Part shown: piece by piece, positions 1-9,784 of the stretch
Position numbering within the stretch: position 1 is the first letter of the stretch
Layout: the number at the start of each line of letters is the position of its first letter
From: a virus
Taxonomy: Duplodnaviria; Caudoviricetes
Length of the DNA: 64,000 nt
Reading direction: 5' to 3' (one strand)
Virus record (IMG/VR): IMGVR_UViG_3300018719_000041
Coordinates: 2,037 to 66,036 of that record
Translations under genes and position numbers: made by a program
The notes under the pieces: model-generated
Database searches by the model: none
Seen by the model: the letters and a program-made list of their open reading frames with translations, nothing else
What the model was told of the DNA's origin: nothing

Positions 1-136
1 AGTTGCGGTGCTGAACCGCCAGCGACCAGTGAGGCGGGGGAGGTCAGGCATGGCTGCCCCCTCCATAGGTAGAACTGCGAACCGTAGCGGTATCTAATAG
101 TGTCCCGAGGACTTTCTTCTTGGGGGCGCTCAACCA

Positions 137-1048
137 ATGGCAGAGATCATCGATCTTAGAGAACTTTCTGATGACGGCTTTGTCGTTCACTTCGGGGGAC
201 GGTTCTCTGAGGTTGATGCAACAACCTTCAGCCGTACGTTGCTGGCGCTGGCCGATGCCATTGAGGCTATCAACCAGGAAATTAATCCGGGGTACTCGGT
301 TGAAGTCGTCTTTGAGGCGGCCGGAGCTGGTAGCTTCCGAGCCTGCCTGAAGATACTCAAGAAGCCGCTCGGCAACTTGTTTACGGCGGACACGGTCCGC
401 GACTTGATCATCGGTCTTCTGGGTGCAGCGATCTGGGAGTTCGCAATCAAGCCGGAGAAGCCTCCCACGATCATCATCAATACCGATGCGGTGATTATCG
501 AGCAGGGCGACAAGCAGATCGTGGTTCCCAAAGAGGCTATGGAAGCCAAGAACCGCATCGACAAGAGCCCAGCTGTTAAGAAGAACATTGCTAGGACTAT
601 GGAGGTCCTCAGCGAGGATCAGTCGATCACGTCCTTCGGCTTCACGCGCGCTGTGAAGGACAAAGAGCCTCTGTTCGAAATTCCTCGCCCACTGTTCGCC
701 GTCATCCAAGAGCGCGCAATGCCGCTGGACGAAGACAGGTTGAGGTTCGTCGAGGAGCCTGCCAGTCTCACTGTCGTGAAAGCGATTTTCGAGCGCTCTG
801 CTCGGAAGTGGGAGTTCATCTGGAATGGCTTCAAGATTTCTGCGCCTATTAGAGATAAGCGTTTCTTTGACAGTCTGCTCCGCAAAGAGATCACATTGAA
901 GCACGGCGATACCTTTAACGCCGTAATTCGTATCCAGCAGAAGCAGGATCCGTTCAGCGGGGCTTGGCTCAATGAAAGCTATGAAGTGATAAGAGTCGGG
1001 CTCCCGGTGGAAAGGATTATACGAAGACATCTCGACCTTGGTGACTAA
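137..1048 (+). CDS. Hypothetical moron protein (303 aa), antisense to the early-left operon
   Basis: Clean ORF, more AT-rich than neighbours, central hydrophobic segment (LIIGLLGAAIWEFAI). Confidence 0.75.
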   Translation: MAEIIDLRELSDDGFVVHFGGRFSEVDATTFSRTLLALADAIEAINQEINPGYSVEVVFEAAGAGSFRACLKILKKPLGNLFTADTVRDLIIGLLGAAIWEFAIKPEKPPTIIINTDAVIIEQGDKQIVVPKEAMEAKNRIDKSPAVKKNIARTMEVLSEDQSITSFGFTRAVKDKEPLFEIPRPLFAVIQERAMPLDEDRLRFVEEPASLTVVKAIFERSARKWEFIWNGFKISAPIRDKRFFDSLLRKEITLKHGDTFNAVIRIQQKQDPFSGAWLNESYEVIRVGLPVERIIRRHLDLGD

Positions 1049-1074
1049 CTTGCTCCTTCGTTGCGTGGGGCTGG

Positions 1075-1767
1075 TCATATCGCGTTAGCCTCCGGAATCT
1101 GATCAATGTTGGCGTGCTGGACGGCGAAGGAGATCGCGATCACCCACGGGTTAGCATCCCAGGCATCAGGGCCGTTGATGCTCTCCCATAGGTCTGCGAA
1201 CCAATCGCGGGCGCTTGCCCATTCATTGCCGCCAAGGCGCATTGATGTGGCGTTCTCGAAGATTCTGCCGGTAGCCTTTCCGACGAAACAGCCTTCGGCC
1301 CTGGCATCCTCCTCGCTGATGTCCTGCAGCCGCACGGCCTTCACGTCAGTCACAATCAGCGTTAGGCGGGAAGCCCAGCGCGGCATGTGTATGGAGGGGA
1401 CTCGCTTCTCGTCCTGCGCGTTGTAGTGATCGCCGTATCGTTGGTGGATTGAGGCTGCATGCTCATCCTCGATGGCGATTTTATCGTGATCACAACCTGT
1501 CGCGGCATAGAATATGTGATCCCAGTTTGCGACGACGGCTAGATTTTCCCGCACCCAGAGACGGTCGCCCGGCAGGAATGGACGGCACCCGACATCGCCG
1601 CGCGCCCACATATCAAGGTAGCAATCGCCAGAATGACGGTCCACGATCCACCAGCGCCCGTCACATTCGTAGGGCTGCGGCTTCAGAATCCGCCGCGTCG
1701 GTGTCTTTCGGCCTTCCAGCAGCGCGCAGACCATGGGGGCGGAGAAAATGATAGGACGGTTATTCAT
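1075..1767 (-). CDS. Conserved phage protein (ASCH-like 'morphogenetic' family)
   Basis: RPIIFSAPMV..GRKT.TRR, PSIHMPRWASR, RLQDISEEDA.AEG and W.ANPWV motifs. Confidence 0.75.
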   Translation of the reverse strand: MNNRPIIFSAPMVCALLEGRKTPTRRILKPQPYECDGRWWIVDRHSGDCYLDMWARGDVGCRPFLPGDRLWVRENLAVVANWDHIFYAATGCDHDKIAIEDEHAASIHQRYGDHYNAQDEKRVPSIHMPRWASRLTLIVTDVKAVRLQDISEEDARAEGCFVGKATGRIFENATSMRLGGNEWASARDWFADLWESINGPDAWDANPWVIAISFAVQHANIDQIPEANAI

Positions 1768-1942
1768 TGAAGATGTCCTGTAGCTTGGAGCGGATTGCCA
1801 TCACCCTCTGCCAGAAGTTGGCTGGGAGGCGGCGCTCGTTCTCGATTTCGATGAAGAAGGGCAGCAGCTCGGACGCCAGATCCTTCTGTCCTTTGCGATA
1901 GGTTGCGGTCCTGCGACGTTCACGCCCGCCGGGTGTGCTCAT
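1760..1942 (-). CDS. Hypothetical protein (60 aa)
   Basis: Overlaps both neighbours within the operon. Confidence 0.55.
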   Translation of the reverse strand: MSTPGGRERRRTATYRKGQKDLASELLPFFIEIENERRLPANFWQRVMAIRSKLQDIFNE

Positions 1943-2511
1943 CGGCGCGCCTCTCTCAGTGCTTCGTCCCTGGCCCGGTTGAGGCGGGCCATTCGCTCGT
2001 TTGAACCGCCAGCGTCCGGATGCGCGGTCTTGGCAAGATCGCGGTGCTTTGCCTGGATCTGCTCGGCCGTAGCGGATTCCGGCAGGCCGAGAACGTCAGT
2101 CCAATGTTCGCCCTTCGGCGCCGGCAGCGCACGGAAGCCTTCGAAGGTGGCGCGGACGAGCGCAAGGGTGCCGTGCCGCAGTTCGGTACGGCGAGCCTCG
2201 ATGATGTAATGGATCGCCTGCAGGTTGGCCTCGGGCGTGGCGTACCGGTCAACCGGAATGCAGACCTGCATGCCATCCCATGTGAACCAAACCGCCACGC
2301 CCGGGTCATCAGGTCGGTTGACGCCCAACGTGACGTTCGACGAGAGGACCACGTCTTTGACGGACTTTCCGCTGTCTGCGCCGAAGCGGCGCAAACTGTC
2401 TTGGACGTTCTTCAAGGCTCCGGAAAGCGACGTCTTAAACGCCCCCGAAACTCGCGCATGCTTGTAGCGCGGAAAGGTGGGTGGCCAGGATAGGGGGTAG
2501 GCTGTAGTCAA
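1939..2511 (-). CDS. Phage J-domain protein
   Basis: C-terminal W..VLGL...HPDAGGS..M.RLN.A J-domain; AYPLSWP N-terminus; TTG start with RBS. Confidence 0.8.
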   Translation of the reverse strand: MTTAYPLSWPPTFPRYKHARVSGAFKTSLSGALKNVQDSLRRFGADSGKSVKDVVLSSNVTLGVNRPDDPGVAVWFTWDGMQVCIPVDRYATPEANLQAIHYIIEARRTELRHGTLALVRATFEGFRALPAPKGEHWTDVLGLPESATAEQIQAKHRDLAKTAHPDAGGSNERMARLNRARDEALREARR

Positions 2512-2520
2512 GTGATCCTC

Positions 2521-3351
2521 CTAGAAGCTGAAAGCCATCTGCCCGCGTCGATCGATAGCCACGGCCGGTGCGGGCTGTGGCGGTGCGGGTGAAGGGAGCA
2601 GCTCGGGCATCGGCGCTGGCGCGCCCGGGGCGCGCTTGTCGGACTGCTCGGTTCTCTTGGGGAAAAGGATCGCCGCCGGCGTCGAGGTCACGAGCCATTG
2701 TTCCAGGCTCAAGGTGTTGCCGTGAATCGCGGTCGCAGAGGCATCGGTCAGGGCGCATTGCAGGAAGGCGCCGCACATGGCGGAAAAGTCCACGTCCACC
2801 ATGACCCAGTGCACCTGGCGCGCGGGGTTGAGGCCTTGCTCCCGTAAGACGAGGTTTGAGGCCAGAACCATGCCGCCCACGCCGCATGCCGGCTCCTGGC
2901 AGAGGAGGTAGCCGCGGCCGGTGGATTCGAGGAGTGCCGGCGCATCCGCCAGCATCATCCGAGCCATTGCCTCGCTCAGGGCATGAGGCGTGAAGAACTG
3001 GCCGAGAGAGGAGCTTGCCGAGATCTCAGAAAAGATGGGGCCCAGGAAGTCAATCGGCTCGGCCGCGAGGGCTTCCGTGGCGATTCCGAGCATGACAGCG
3101 AGATCGTCCATCGTCTCTTTCGGTTCTCGGCACCGCTCGACGATCTTCATGTACCCGGCCTCGTTCTGCTCGAAGGCCTCGCCGAAGAGATACCGGCCGC
3201 GGATCGCGCGGAAGGCGGCCTCGAGCCACCGCGACATGACCTCGTGCATACGGAGGCCTTCCCGACGCTCGACATCGCGCAGGCAATCGACAAAGTCCTT
3301 GGCGAAGGGCTGGTGAGCTGACGTGTTGCACTGGACACGGAGGTTGCTCAT
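2521..3351 (-). CDS. N-6 DNA methylase (HsdM-like) family protein lacking the NPPY/F motif
   Basis: GQFFTP and EPACGVGGM motifs; ATG at 3351 overlaps the upstream stop (ATGA). Confidence 0.75.
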   Translation of the reverse strand: MSNLRVQCNTSAHQPFAKDFVDCLRDVERREGLRMHEVMSRWLEAAFRAIRGRYLFGEAFEQNEAGYMKIVERCREPKETMDDLAVMLGIATEALAAEPIDFLGPIFSEISASSSLGQFFTPHALSEAMARMMLADAPALLESTGRGYLLCQEPACGVGGMVLASNLVLREQGLNPARQVHWVMVDVDFSAMCGAFLQCALTDASATAIHGNTLSLEQWLVTSTPAAILFPKRTEQSDKRAPGAPAPMPELLPSPAPPQPAPAVAIDRRGQMAFSF

Positions 3352-4442
3352 TGGACCACCGTCACTTTCTCGGCAGCTCGGGTAATGGCCGTGTAGAGCC
3401 AGCGCGCGCGGTCCTCCCGGAAGGTGCTGCTCTCGTCGAACACCATCACGTCGTCCCACTGGGATCCTTGGGATTTATGGACGGTCAGCGCATAGCCGTA
3501 GGTGAATTCGTCGGTGCGCTTCTTGTCCTCCCAGGTCAGCACATCATCGGTGCCGTCGAAGAACTCATTCCGCACGAACACCCTGGTCGGCTTGTTCTCC
3601 GGATGATCCTCTGAGGTGACATCCATCCGGACGCCGAGGCCTTCAGCCTTCACAACCTTGGCGACTTGCCAAAGTCCGCCGTTGAGCAGCTTCTTGTTCT
3701 TGTTGTTGCGGAGGCAGACCAGCTTATCGCCTGCGACGGGCTTCACGTCATTGCGGCCAAGGAGTTGTCGGATCCTCGCGTTGTAGCGCTGGCGGGTAGC
3801 GTTCCTGCCGACCAGGACCTGATCGGCGCCAAGAACCTGATCGGGGTGCAGATCCCTGCTGGATATGACTTGGCTCTCGCCATAGCTGCCCCGCTCGAGC
3901 GCACCTCCAGTCCGCACTGTCATTGACATGCGGATGATCGGATTGTCCTGGGCCTGCCGGTGAACCTCCGTCAGCATGGCGTCCGGCTGGGCGTTGGTGA
4001 AATAGCCGGCGTCCTTCACGGGCGGCAGCTGCGCCGGATCGCCAAGGACAAGTACCTTCGTCTTGAAGGACAACAGATCACGGGCGAGTTCCTCGCCAAC
4101 CATGGAGCACTCGTCGATGACGACGAGCTTCGCATCGGAGACGGCGCTGAATGGGTTGAGGATGAATCGGGGTTCCCAGCCTTCAGCCTCTTCGTCTGGC
4201 TGATAGATCATGGAATGGATCGTCGAAGCTCCGGCGCAGCCCTTGCGACGAAGAACAAGGGCTGCCTTTCCGGTGAATGCGCCGTACAGAACTTGCCCCC
4301 GCACATCGTCCGCCAGCGTCTTCGCCAGCGTGGTCTTGCCGGTGCCCGCATACCCGAACAGGCGGAACACCTGTTGTCTCGGATCTTTCAGCCAGGTCCG
4401 CACGGCCTTGATGGCGGCTTCTTGCTGTGGGGACCAAGCCAT
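3348..4442 (-). CDS. RecD/Dda-like SF1B DNA helicase
   Basis: GYAGTGKT, IDECSMV, GDPAQLPPV, TVHKSQGS and LYTAITRA motifs. Confidence 0.92.
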   Translation of the reverse strand: MAWSPQQEAAIKAVRTWLKDPRQQVFRLFGYAGTGKTTLAKTLADDVRGQVLYGAFTGKAALVLRRKGCAGASTIHSMIYQPDEEAEGWEPRFILNPFSAVSDAKLVVIDECSMVGEELARDLLSFKTKVLVLGDPAQLPPVKDAGYFTNAQPDAMLTEVHRQAQDNPIIRMSMTVRTGGALERGSYGESQVISSRDLHPDQVLGADQVLVGRNATRQRYNARIRQLLGRNDVKPVAGDKLVCLRNNKNKKLLNGGLWQVAKVVKAEGLGVRMDVTSEDHPENKPTRVFVRNEFFDGTDDVLTWEDKKRTDEFTYGYALTVHKSQGSQWDDVMVFDESSTFREDRARWLYTAITRAAEKVTVVQ

Positions 4443-4447
4443 GGCGG

Positions 4448-6277
4448 TTACTCCGCAACCTCGGCAACGGGCTGGGCGGCTTTCGCCTTCTTGCGGGATG
4501 ACTTGGCGGGCGCGGCCGCCTTGGAGCCCGGGCCGTCGTAGTGGGAAGTCCGGAGTTCAGGCGGGAGCCAGCCAGTCTCGCGGGCGTACTGCGCGGCCGT
4601 CGCCGCGACTTCCGCCTTCGAACCTTTCAGCTTTTGCGGACGCCCCATCTCGGCGACGGCAGCGTCGATCAGCGCGCGGCTGATGCTGGCGAAATAGTCG
4701 TCGGCCTCGAACACGCTGCGCAGAGAGCTGACCATTTCGGCGTCGAGCATGGTGCAGATCATGGCCGCGCTCTCGTCCATGAGCGGTGGGGAGACTGAGC
4801 TCTGTGTCCGAAAGTCGAAGGATTGGCCGACGATGCCGGCGAGCGTGTTGAGCTGCTCGTCGGCACCCATCGCCATGACATCGCGATAGGCGTCCTCGAA
4901 CTCGACGACTTTCCCCATCTTTTGCGTGAGCATGCCGTCGTGTTCGAGCTTCGCCGGGGAGCCGTAACTGTTCGTCATTAGGGCGGCGATCGCGATCTCA
5001 AAGGCCCGATCCGGGTGCGACTTGACCGCATCGGCCGCGGCCTGGGTGAGTTGCTTGGACAGACGGTGAGCCAGCGCGTTGGAGATCGTCGGCTCTTTCT
5101 TTTCCTTTGGTGTATCGGCCTTTTTCTTCTCGGCCTTCGCTGCGCCGGGCTTCTGCATGCCGTACTTGATCTCGAGCCGGCCGGCGCGATCGAGGTTGAG
5201 GATGCAGCCCGCCGTCGCCTTTGTCTTTGCGCTGTAGCGGCGGGCCTCGGCCGCCGCCCTGATCTGGTCGCGCTCGGCCTCTGCAGCTTCGGCGGCTTCC
5301 ATAACCTCCTCATCTTCGCCGTCATCATCATCGGCGCTGATGATCTTCTGTAGCTCTTCCAGGCGGGCGGTTTCCTCGTCCGTGTATTGGATGCGACTGC
5401 CGCCGACCTGATGCCAGTTCCACCTAGCGCCGTAAGGAAGGTCGCTTTCGAGCGCCGCCCAGGACCATCCCTCGGCAACAAGACGCTCGCATTCGCGCTG
5501 CAGCTTTTCGTCCGACGGCTTCTTAGCCAGCGCCGGGTCGGAGATGACGTGGTTGTCGCCGAAGAGGTCCTCGGTGACCTTACCGCCTGCGGCCTCGTAT
5601 GCCTCCCGGCCGATGAACGCGTAGTGCTTCGCCGCGTCGCCCTTCGCGACGCCGAGCTCCTCGCGGATGTGCCAGGATGAAAGCGCGCCCCGCTTGCGGA
5701 GCTTATCGAAAACCTTGTCCTGCTCCTTTACGCTCGGAGCCAACGTGAAGGCCCGGACGCTCTCGACCTCGTCGCGCCCGAATACCCCGTCGCGCCAGGC
5801 CTGCAGGATCTTCGGCGACAGACGTCCGAGCGCGAGGATCCGCTGAACCCGCTTCGGTTCGATTCCGAAGCGCGAAGCGATATCCTGCTCGGACAAGCAC
5901 TCGGCCACCAGGGCAGAGAACGTCTCGTACTGGTCGGCCTCGTGCAGCGGGACGCGGAGGATGTTCGCAGCAAGGGCCGCTTCAAGCGCGTCCGAGCTGC
6001 TGTCGAGGACGTGGACTGGAACCTCGTAGGCATCCGTGATCTCGCCTGCCTCGCGCAGATTGTGAAGGGCTTTGAGGCGGCGGTTGCCTTCCGCCACATA
6101 GAGGAGGCCGTAATCACCTTCAGCAACGGCGAGTGGCTGAATGATGCCGTGAGCGAGGATCGATGCGGCAAGCTGCTCGACGCCTTCATCACGGCCAGTC
6201 TGCCGCGGATTGCTCAGGTCGGGCGGCGCGCCTTCATCATGGCCGTACCGAAGCCGGCGCAATTCGACTGTGCTCAT
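4448..6277 (-). CDS. Large ParB/RepB/Spo0J-family protein
   Basis: NPR..., GIIQPL.V, EGNRRL.AL ParB N-domain, HTH and long C-terminal region ending WLPPELR. Confidence 0.85.
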   Translation of the reverse strand: MSTVELRRLRYGHDEGAPPDLSNPRQTGRDEGVEQLAASILAHGIIQPLAVAEGDYGLLYVAEGNRRLKALHNLREAGEITDAYEVPVHVLDSSSDALEAALAANILRVPLHEADQYETFSALVAECLSEQDIASRFGIEPKRVQRILALGRLSPKILQAWRDGVFGRDEVESVRAFTLAPSVKEQDKVFDKLRKRGALSSWHIREELGVAKGDAAKHYAFIGREAYEAAGGKVTEDLFGDNHVISDPALAKKPSDEKLQRECERLVAEGWSWAALESDLPYGARWNWHQVGGSRIQYTDEETARLEELQKIISADDDDGEDEEVMEAAEAAEAERDQIRAAAEARRYSAKTKATAGCILNLDRAGRLEIKYGMQKPGAAKAEKKKADTPKEKKEPTISNALAHRLSKQLTQAAADAVKSHPDRAFEIAIAALMTNSYGSPAKLEHDGMLTQKMGKVVEFEDAYRDVMAMGADEQLNTLAGIVGQSFDFRTQSSVSPPLMDESAAMICTMLDAEMVSSLRSVFEADDYFASISRALIDAAVAEMGRPQKLKGSKAEVAATAAQYARETGWLPPELRTSHYDGPGSKAAAPAKSSRKKAKAAQPVAEVAE

Positions 6278-6305
6278 AGTTCACTTCCTTCTGAGGATTG
6301 GGGGA

Positions 6306-6336
6306 ACGGCGGGCCGCGGGGGCGGCGGCCCGCCGT
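6306..6336 (-). terminator. GC-rich hairpin between recT and parB-like gene
   Basis: ACGGCGGGCCGC...GCGGCCCGCCGT inverted repeat; no clear U-tract. Confidence 0.35.
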
Positions 6337-6348
6337 ATGGTGCGTGGC

Positions 6349-7719
6349 CTAGCCCTCAGCCGCGTTCTGCTCGCGGTAGAGGTCTTGGCCGCGCTGCCAT
6401 CTCTTGAGCCGTTCAGGGTTGTCTCGGATCTCGGACTTGATGCACTTGCTGCTGCCGCGCTCTGCATCATCCCAGCCGCGTTTGATGTCCGGGTCTTTCA
6501 ATTCGTCAGCAGGAGAGGGTTGCTTCTGAGGCGCGTGCCGCTTCGTCTTGGATGCCTCGACAATTCTGAGGCGATTGTCCTCGTAGATGTTCTCGACCTT
6601 GGTACGCATCTCGCGTGCCATAAGATGCGAGAGTTCGCCATTGACGTAGGGCAGCAGCTCGGCCGAGGCTTGGTCCAGTTCCTTGAATGTCTTGGCCTTC
6701 GCCGCTCCATCTTCAAGCCGCTGGACCATCCCGTCAAAGTCAGGGCTTGAGGACGGTATCGACTTGTCGCCCGGGAACTCATCGTCCGCACCGGAGGCCG
6801 AGTCCGCCGTCCCTTCGTCGGCGCCGGCAGACTCTCCTTCGGACGTGGAAGCCGCCCCGTCAGGCTCGGCTTCTTCAGCCGACGTTTCGTCCGGCTGCAT
6901 CTCATCACCCTTCCTGTCTGTTTCGGAAGCGTGATGCTCGATGACAGGTGCACTGCCGGCGATTTGGTCGAGAGCTTGCGACAGCGTGGGACGACGCAAC
7001 TCTTGGCGGCTCTCCTCGCGATTGCCGTCGAAGTCGTAAAGTTCATCGTCCCTGCGGATCAAGTCGTCCAGATCCGTTGACATCGGCAGGACCTTTGAGT
7101 GACGACGGGCAACGGTCTTGCGCGCCATCTCCTCCCACCATTGCACCCATGGGCCGCGCTGGTTGTCCTTCGCGCGGCTTGCCTGCCGCACCTTCTCGAT
7201 CTCCTGGAAGGACATCACCTCCCGGCTGAGCTCGCCGCTCTTGAACTTGGCGACGGAATAGGCGGCGATGGGCTTGCCGCGCTCGCCGAGAGCCGGCTTG
7301 TGCTTGATAAAGGGTTCGTCACCGAGCTCGAATGCGAACTCGTCGTTCTCATAGACGACATGAGCATTCCAGTCCGTAATCTCACCGCTGTTCCGGACCT
7401 TCTTGCGAAGCCCGGCAATCATGATCATCCACTGAGCGATGGGACCGCGCTGCCGGTCATTGTACTCAACGATTGCGCCCTCGCGACCATCCGGCAGCAA
7501 GCCGTCTTGCGCGGCCTTCATGCAGGCGTTGAAGAAGCTGCGGCGCTCGACCTTGAGCAGGCCCGGATTGTTCTGCACGGCCGTCAATACGACGCGCTTG
7601 AACCGTTCCGGAGGGATGTGGACAGGCAGGGCCTTTGCGAACTCTGGAAGTCGGTCCTCGAGCTGGCGCTCGATTACGACCAGAGGGTGAGGGGCTTTTG
7701 CTTCGGTAGCTTCGCTCAC
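6349..7719 (-). CDS. recT: RecT-family ssDNA annealing recombinase with long acidic C-terminal extension
   Basis: AAQDGLLPDG.E, VYENDEF and W.EMARKTV.RR..K.LP motifs. Confidence 0.88.
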   Translation of the reverse strand: MSEATEAKAPHPLVVIERQLEDRLPEFAKALPVHIPPERFKRVVLTAVQNNPGLLKVERRSFFNACMKAAQDGLLPDGREGAIVEYNDRQRGPIAQWMIMIAGLRKKVRNSGEITDWNAHVVYENDEFAFELGDEPFIKHKPALGERGKPIAAYSVAKFKSGELSREVMSFQEIEKVRQASRAKDNQRGPWVQWWEEMARKTVARRHSKVLPMSTDLDDLIRRDDELYDFDGNREESRQELRRPTLSQALDQIAGSAPVIEHHASETDRKGDEMQPDETSAEEAEPDGAASTSEGESAGADEGTADSASGADDEFPGDKSIPSSSPDFDGMVQRLEDGAAKAKTFKELDQASAELLPYVNGELSHLMAREMRTKVENIYEDNRLRIVEASKTKRHAPQKQPSPADELKDPDIKRGWDDAERGSSKCIKSEIRDNPERLKRWQRGQDLYREQNAAEG

Positions 7720-8645
7720 GCGGCTTCTCCCTTGGTGCGTGTGATACGGATCGGCCTCGTGGTGCGTTCTTTCACCGTGTAGGCTTTTGTGTGTTGGGTT
7801 TTGAGGGTGATCTTCCAGCCTGGCATGCGCCCGACCTGGGCTTCGCCAACCTTGGCACGGACTTCTGCGTCGATCTCATCGCAGCGCTCGCCGTTGGCTT
7901 TGATCTCCGCCTTGAGGCGCTCACGCTCCTCCAAAATAATCGGCAGCATGTTGTCGGCGGACAGGTCGATTTCCCCGCCGTTGTCCTGAACCATCAGACG
8001 AGCAAGCAGGGCGCCGTCGCGACTATAGTCAGGATCCGGGGCCTGCCCGCTTTCGACCAAGTTCCAGAATTCATGAATGGCTGTGCGGATCCGCTCGACG
8101 ATCCCGGGATGAATCGGAACGTCGACGACCTGAAGGTCGAGGCCATGACTGACCACCATGGCCGCCACGCAAGCCCACTTTGCGCCCGTCAGATGCGCCT
8201 CGATAATGGCCTGCACCGCGATCCAAAGCGGTAGCTCCACCTCGCCCGTTTCGCTATCCACCCACTTGCGACGGAAAATTCCGGCCTCGACGGTCTTGAC
8301 CTGCACGATTCCCATGCCTCGCTCAGGGCATGTGGCAAAAGCGTCAGGGGTAGCGCCGAGGTGGTGTACGGGATCGCGGAAATAGGTCTTGTTGGGGATG
8401 ACCTTCCACTCCGGGCGTTCCTCACCAAGCAACGCGAGAGCGACGGGCTCAAGTAATCGTCCACGCCGCATCGCAGGCGTTTCCTCGGCATCCTCCTGGA
8501 TCTGGCCGGTCTTCAGAGCCCAAAGTCCATATGGGGTTTGGTACTCGTGCACCCCGAGCAGCGCACCGGCGACAGAGGCTGTAATGTCCTTCTGACGCAG
8601 CAGGAGCCAGGCGGCGCGATCGGTGAAAGGGTGCTGCTCAACCAT
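7716..8645 (-). CDS. YqaJ-like viral recombinase exonuclease
   Basis: WL..R...ITAS, G..LEP, ATPDA and VQVKT motifs; adjacent to recT; start reassigned to ATG 8645. Confidence 0.88.
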   Translation of the reverse strand: MVEQHPFTDRAAWLLLRQKDITASVAGALLGVHEYQTPYGLWALKTGQIQEDAEETPAMRRGRLLEPVALALLGEERPEWKVIPNKTYFRDPVHHLGATPDAFATCPERGMGIVQVKTVEAGIFRRKWVDSETGEVELPLWIAVQAIIEAHLTGAKWACVAAMVVSHGLDLQVVDVPIHPGIVERIRTAIHEFWNLVESGQAPDPDYSRDGALLARLMVQDNGGEIDLSADNMLPIILEERERLKAEIKANGERCDEIDAEVRAKVGEAQVGRMPGWKITLKTQHTKAYTVKERTTRPIRITRTKGEAA

Positions 8646-8964
8646 CGCAGCCATCCGCTGCTTTGGTGATGGCGGCCCGCATGTCATCTGCAGCGCGGAC
8701 AAGATCCGAATTGCCTGCGGCCCGGCCGCCGCAACGCCGGTCGACCTGGAGAAGCAACTCCTTTGCCGCCACCAGAAGTTCGAGCGATGCCGCCATGATC
8801 CGGGCATCGGCGAAGTCTCGCGAACTCAGGACCTCCCCGTTGCCATCATCGCGATCACATGGCTCGATCTTGGCGATCGGCCCGGCAGGGCTCTCAATCC
8901 AGATGCTGGCCGACTCCTCAGGGTCATAGTTGACCGTCCACGGGCCTGGGCTGTGCAGGGTCAT
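8638..8964 (-). CDS. Hypothetical phage protein
   Basis: HSPGPW N-terminus and A.IMAAS.ELL...AAITKA pattern typical of early phage proteins. Confidence 0.7.
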   Translation of the reverse strand: MTLHSPGPWTVNYDPEESASIWIESPAGPIAKIEPCDRDDGNGEVLSSRDFADARIMAASLELLVAAKELLLQVDRRCGGRAAGNSDLVRAADDMRAAITKAADGCDG

Positions 8965-8965
8965 G

Positions 8966-9199
8966 TTACTGACCCTCCGGCTTGGACCGCTCGACGAGCA
9001 TCGCGTCGGCGACCTTGTAAGCCCACGTCGCGATCACCTCTGGCTTTGGCAAGCGACAGTCCGGATCTGCGTGAGCGCTGAGGTATCCGATGCTCACTTG
9101 ACCTGCAAACCAGTCGCGAAGGCTCATTCCCTTCTCGGCATACTGGTCCTCGGAAAAGGCATACGGGAAAGCGGCGCCGCCAGTCGGAACATTGGCCAT
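8966..9199 (-). CDS. Conserved small phage protein
   Basis: GGAAFP, GMSLRDWFAGQ and AYKVADAML motifs. Confidence 0.75.
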   Translation of the reverse strand: MANVPTGGAAFPYAFSEDQYAEKGMSLRDWFAGQVSIGYLSAHADPDCRLPKPEVIATWAYKVADAMLVERSKPEGQ

Positions 9200-9200
9200 G

Positions 9201-9644
9201 TCAGTGTTTCCTTGTGCGTGAAAGTACGAGCGCGCCGTAAGCAGTGCAGCGCGGCCGCGCGTAGATCCCAGTCTGGTAGAGGCTGATCCCTGAGCAGTTC
9301 TCGCCACCGCGGTTCAGGGCCAGGCGCAGGTAACGCATCGACCACTTCAGGTTCGTAGCCGGGTCATAGAGAGCGCTGCAGGCTCCGGTGAAACCCATGC
9401 CCCGCGCGGTCTGGCACTTGATCTGGCCAAGGCCGATCTCGCCATGCCTGCCTGTGACCATGGGCTGGTATGCGCTCTCGGTCCGTACAACCCCGTGGGC
9501 AAAGTGGACTGGTACGCCTTCGCGCATGGCGATAGCCGTCACAAGCGCATGGACGGCGCTCCTCAACTCGGGATCGGGCGCGGCCGCCTGCTTCGTGGTG
9601 GTGCAGCCCGCCAGCGCTACGGCGAAGATGGGGGCGAACCTCAC
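9201..9644 (-). CDS. Lipoprotein lytic transglycosylase (SLT domain)
   Basis: Lipobox LAGC; catalytic ES, GLGQI and L.DP.TNL..MRYL motifs. Confidence 0.85.
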   Translation of the reverse strand: MRFAPIFAVALAGCTTTKQAAAPDPELRSAVHALVTAIAMREGVPVHFAHGVVRTESAYQPMVTGRHGEIGLGQIKCQTARGMGFTGACSALYDPATNLKWSMRYLRLALNRGGENCSGISLYQTGIYARPRCTAYGALVLSRTRKH

Positions 9645-9784
9645 AGGTCGTCTCCATCGACATGCTCGCCGACGAACGGCACCGGGTTGCGGGGATACTT
9701 CTTGTTCTCGCGATAGATGCCGTATGCGATGCCGCCGACGAGTGCGGTCAGGACGGCGAAGAAGATCCAGTGTTCGATTTGCAT
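9641..9784 (-). CDS. Small single-TM protein (47 aa), below the ORF track cutoff
   Basis: Manual translation MQIEHWIFFAVLTALVGGIAYGIYRENKK...; overlaps both neighbours. Confidence 0.65.
   Translation of the reverse strand: MQIEHWIFFAVLTALVGGIAYGIYRENKKYPRNPVPFVGEHVDGDDL

Noticed and set aside
44-1078. 344-aa minus-strand ORF
   Set aside because: Antisense shadow of 137-1048 with no protein-like motifs
4448-6277. Evidence for a plasmid-prophage lifestyle
   Set aside because: No parA, repABC or protelomerase in the window; ParB alone is insufficient
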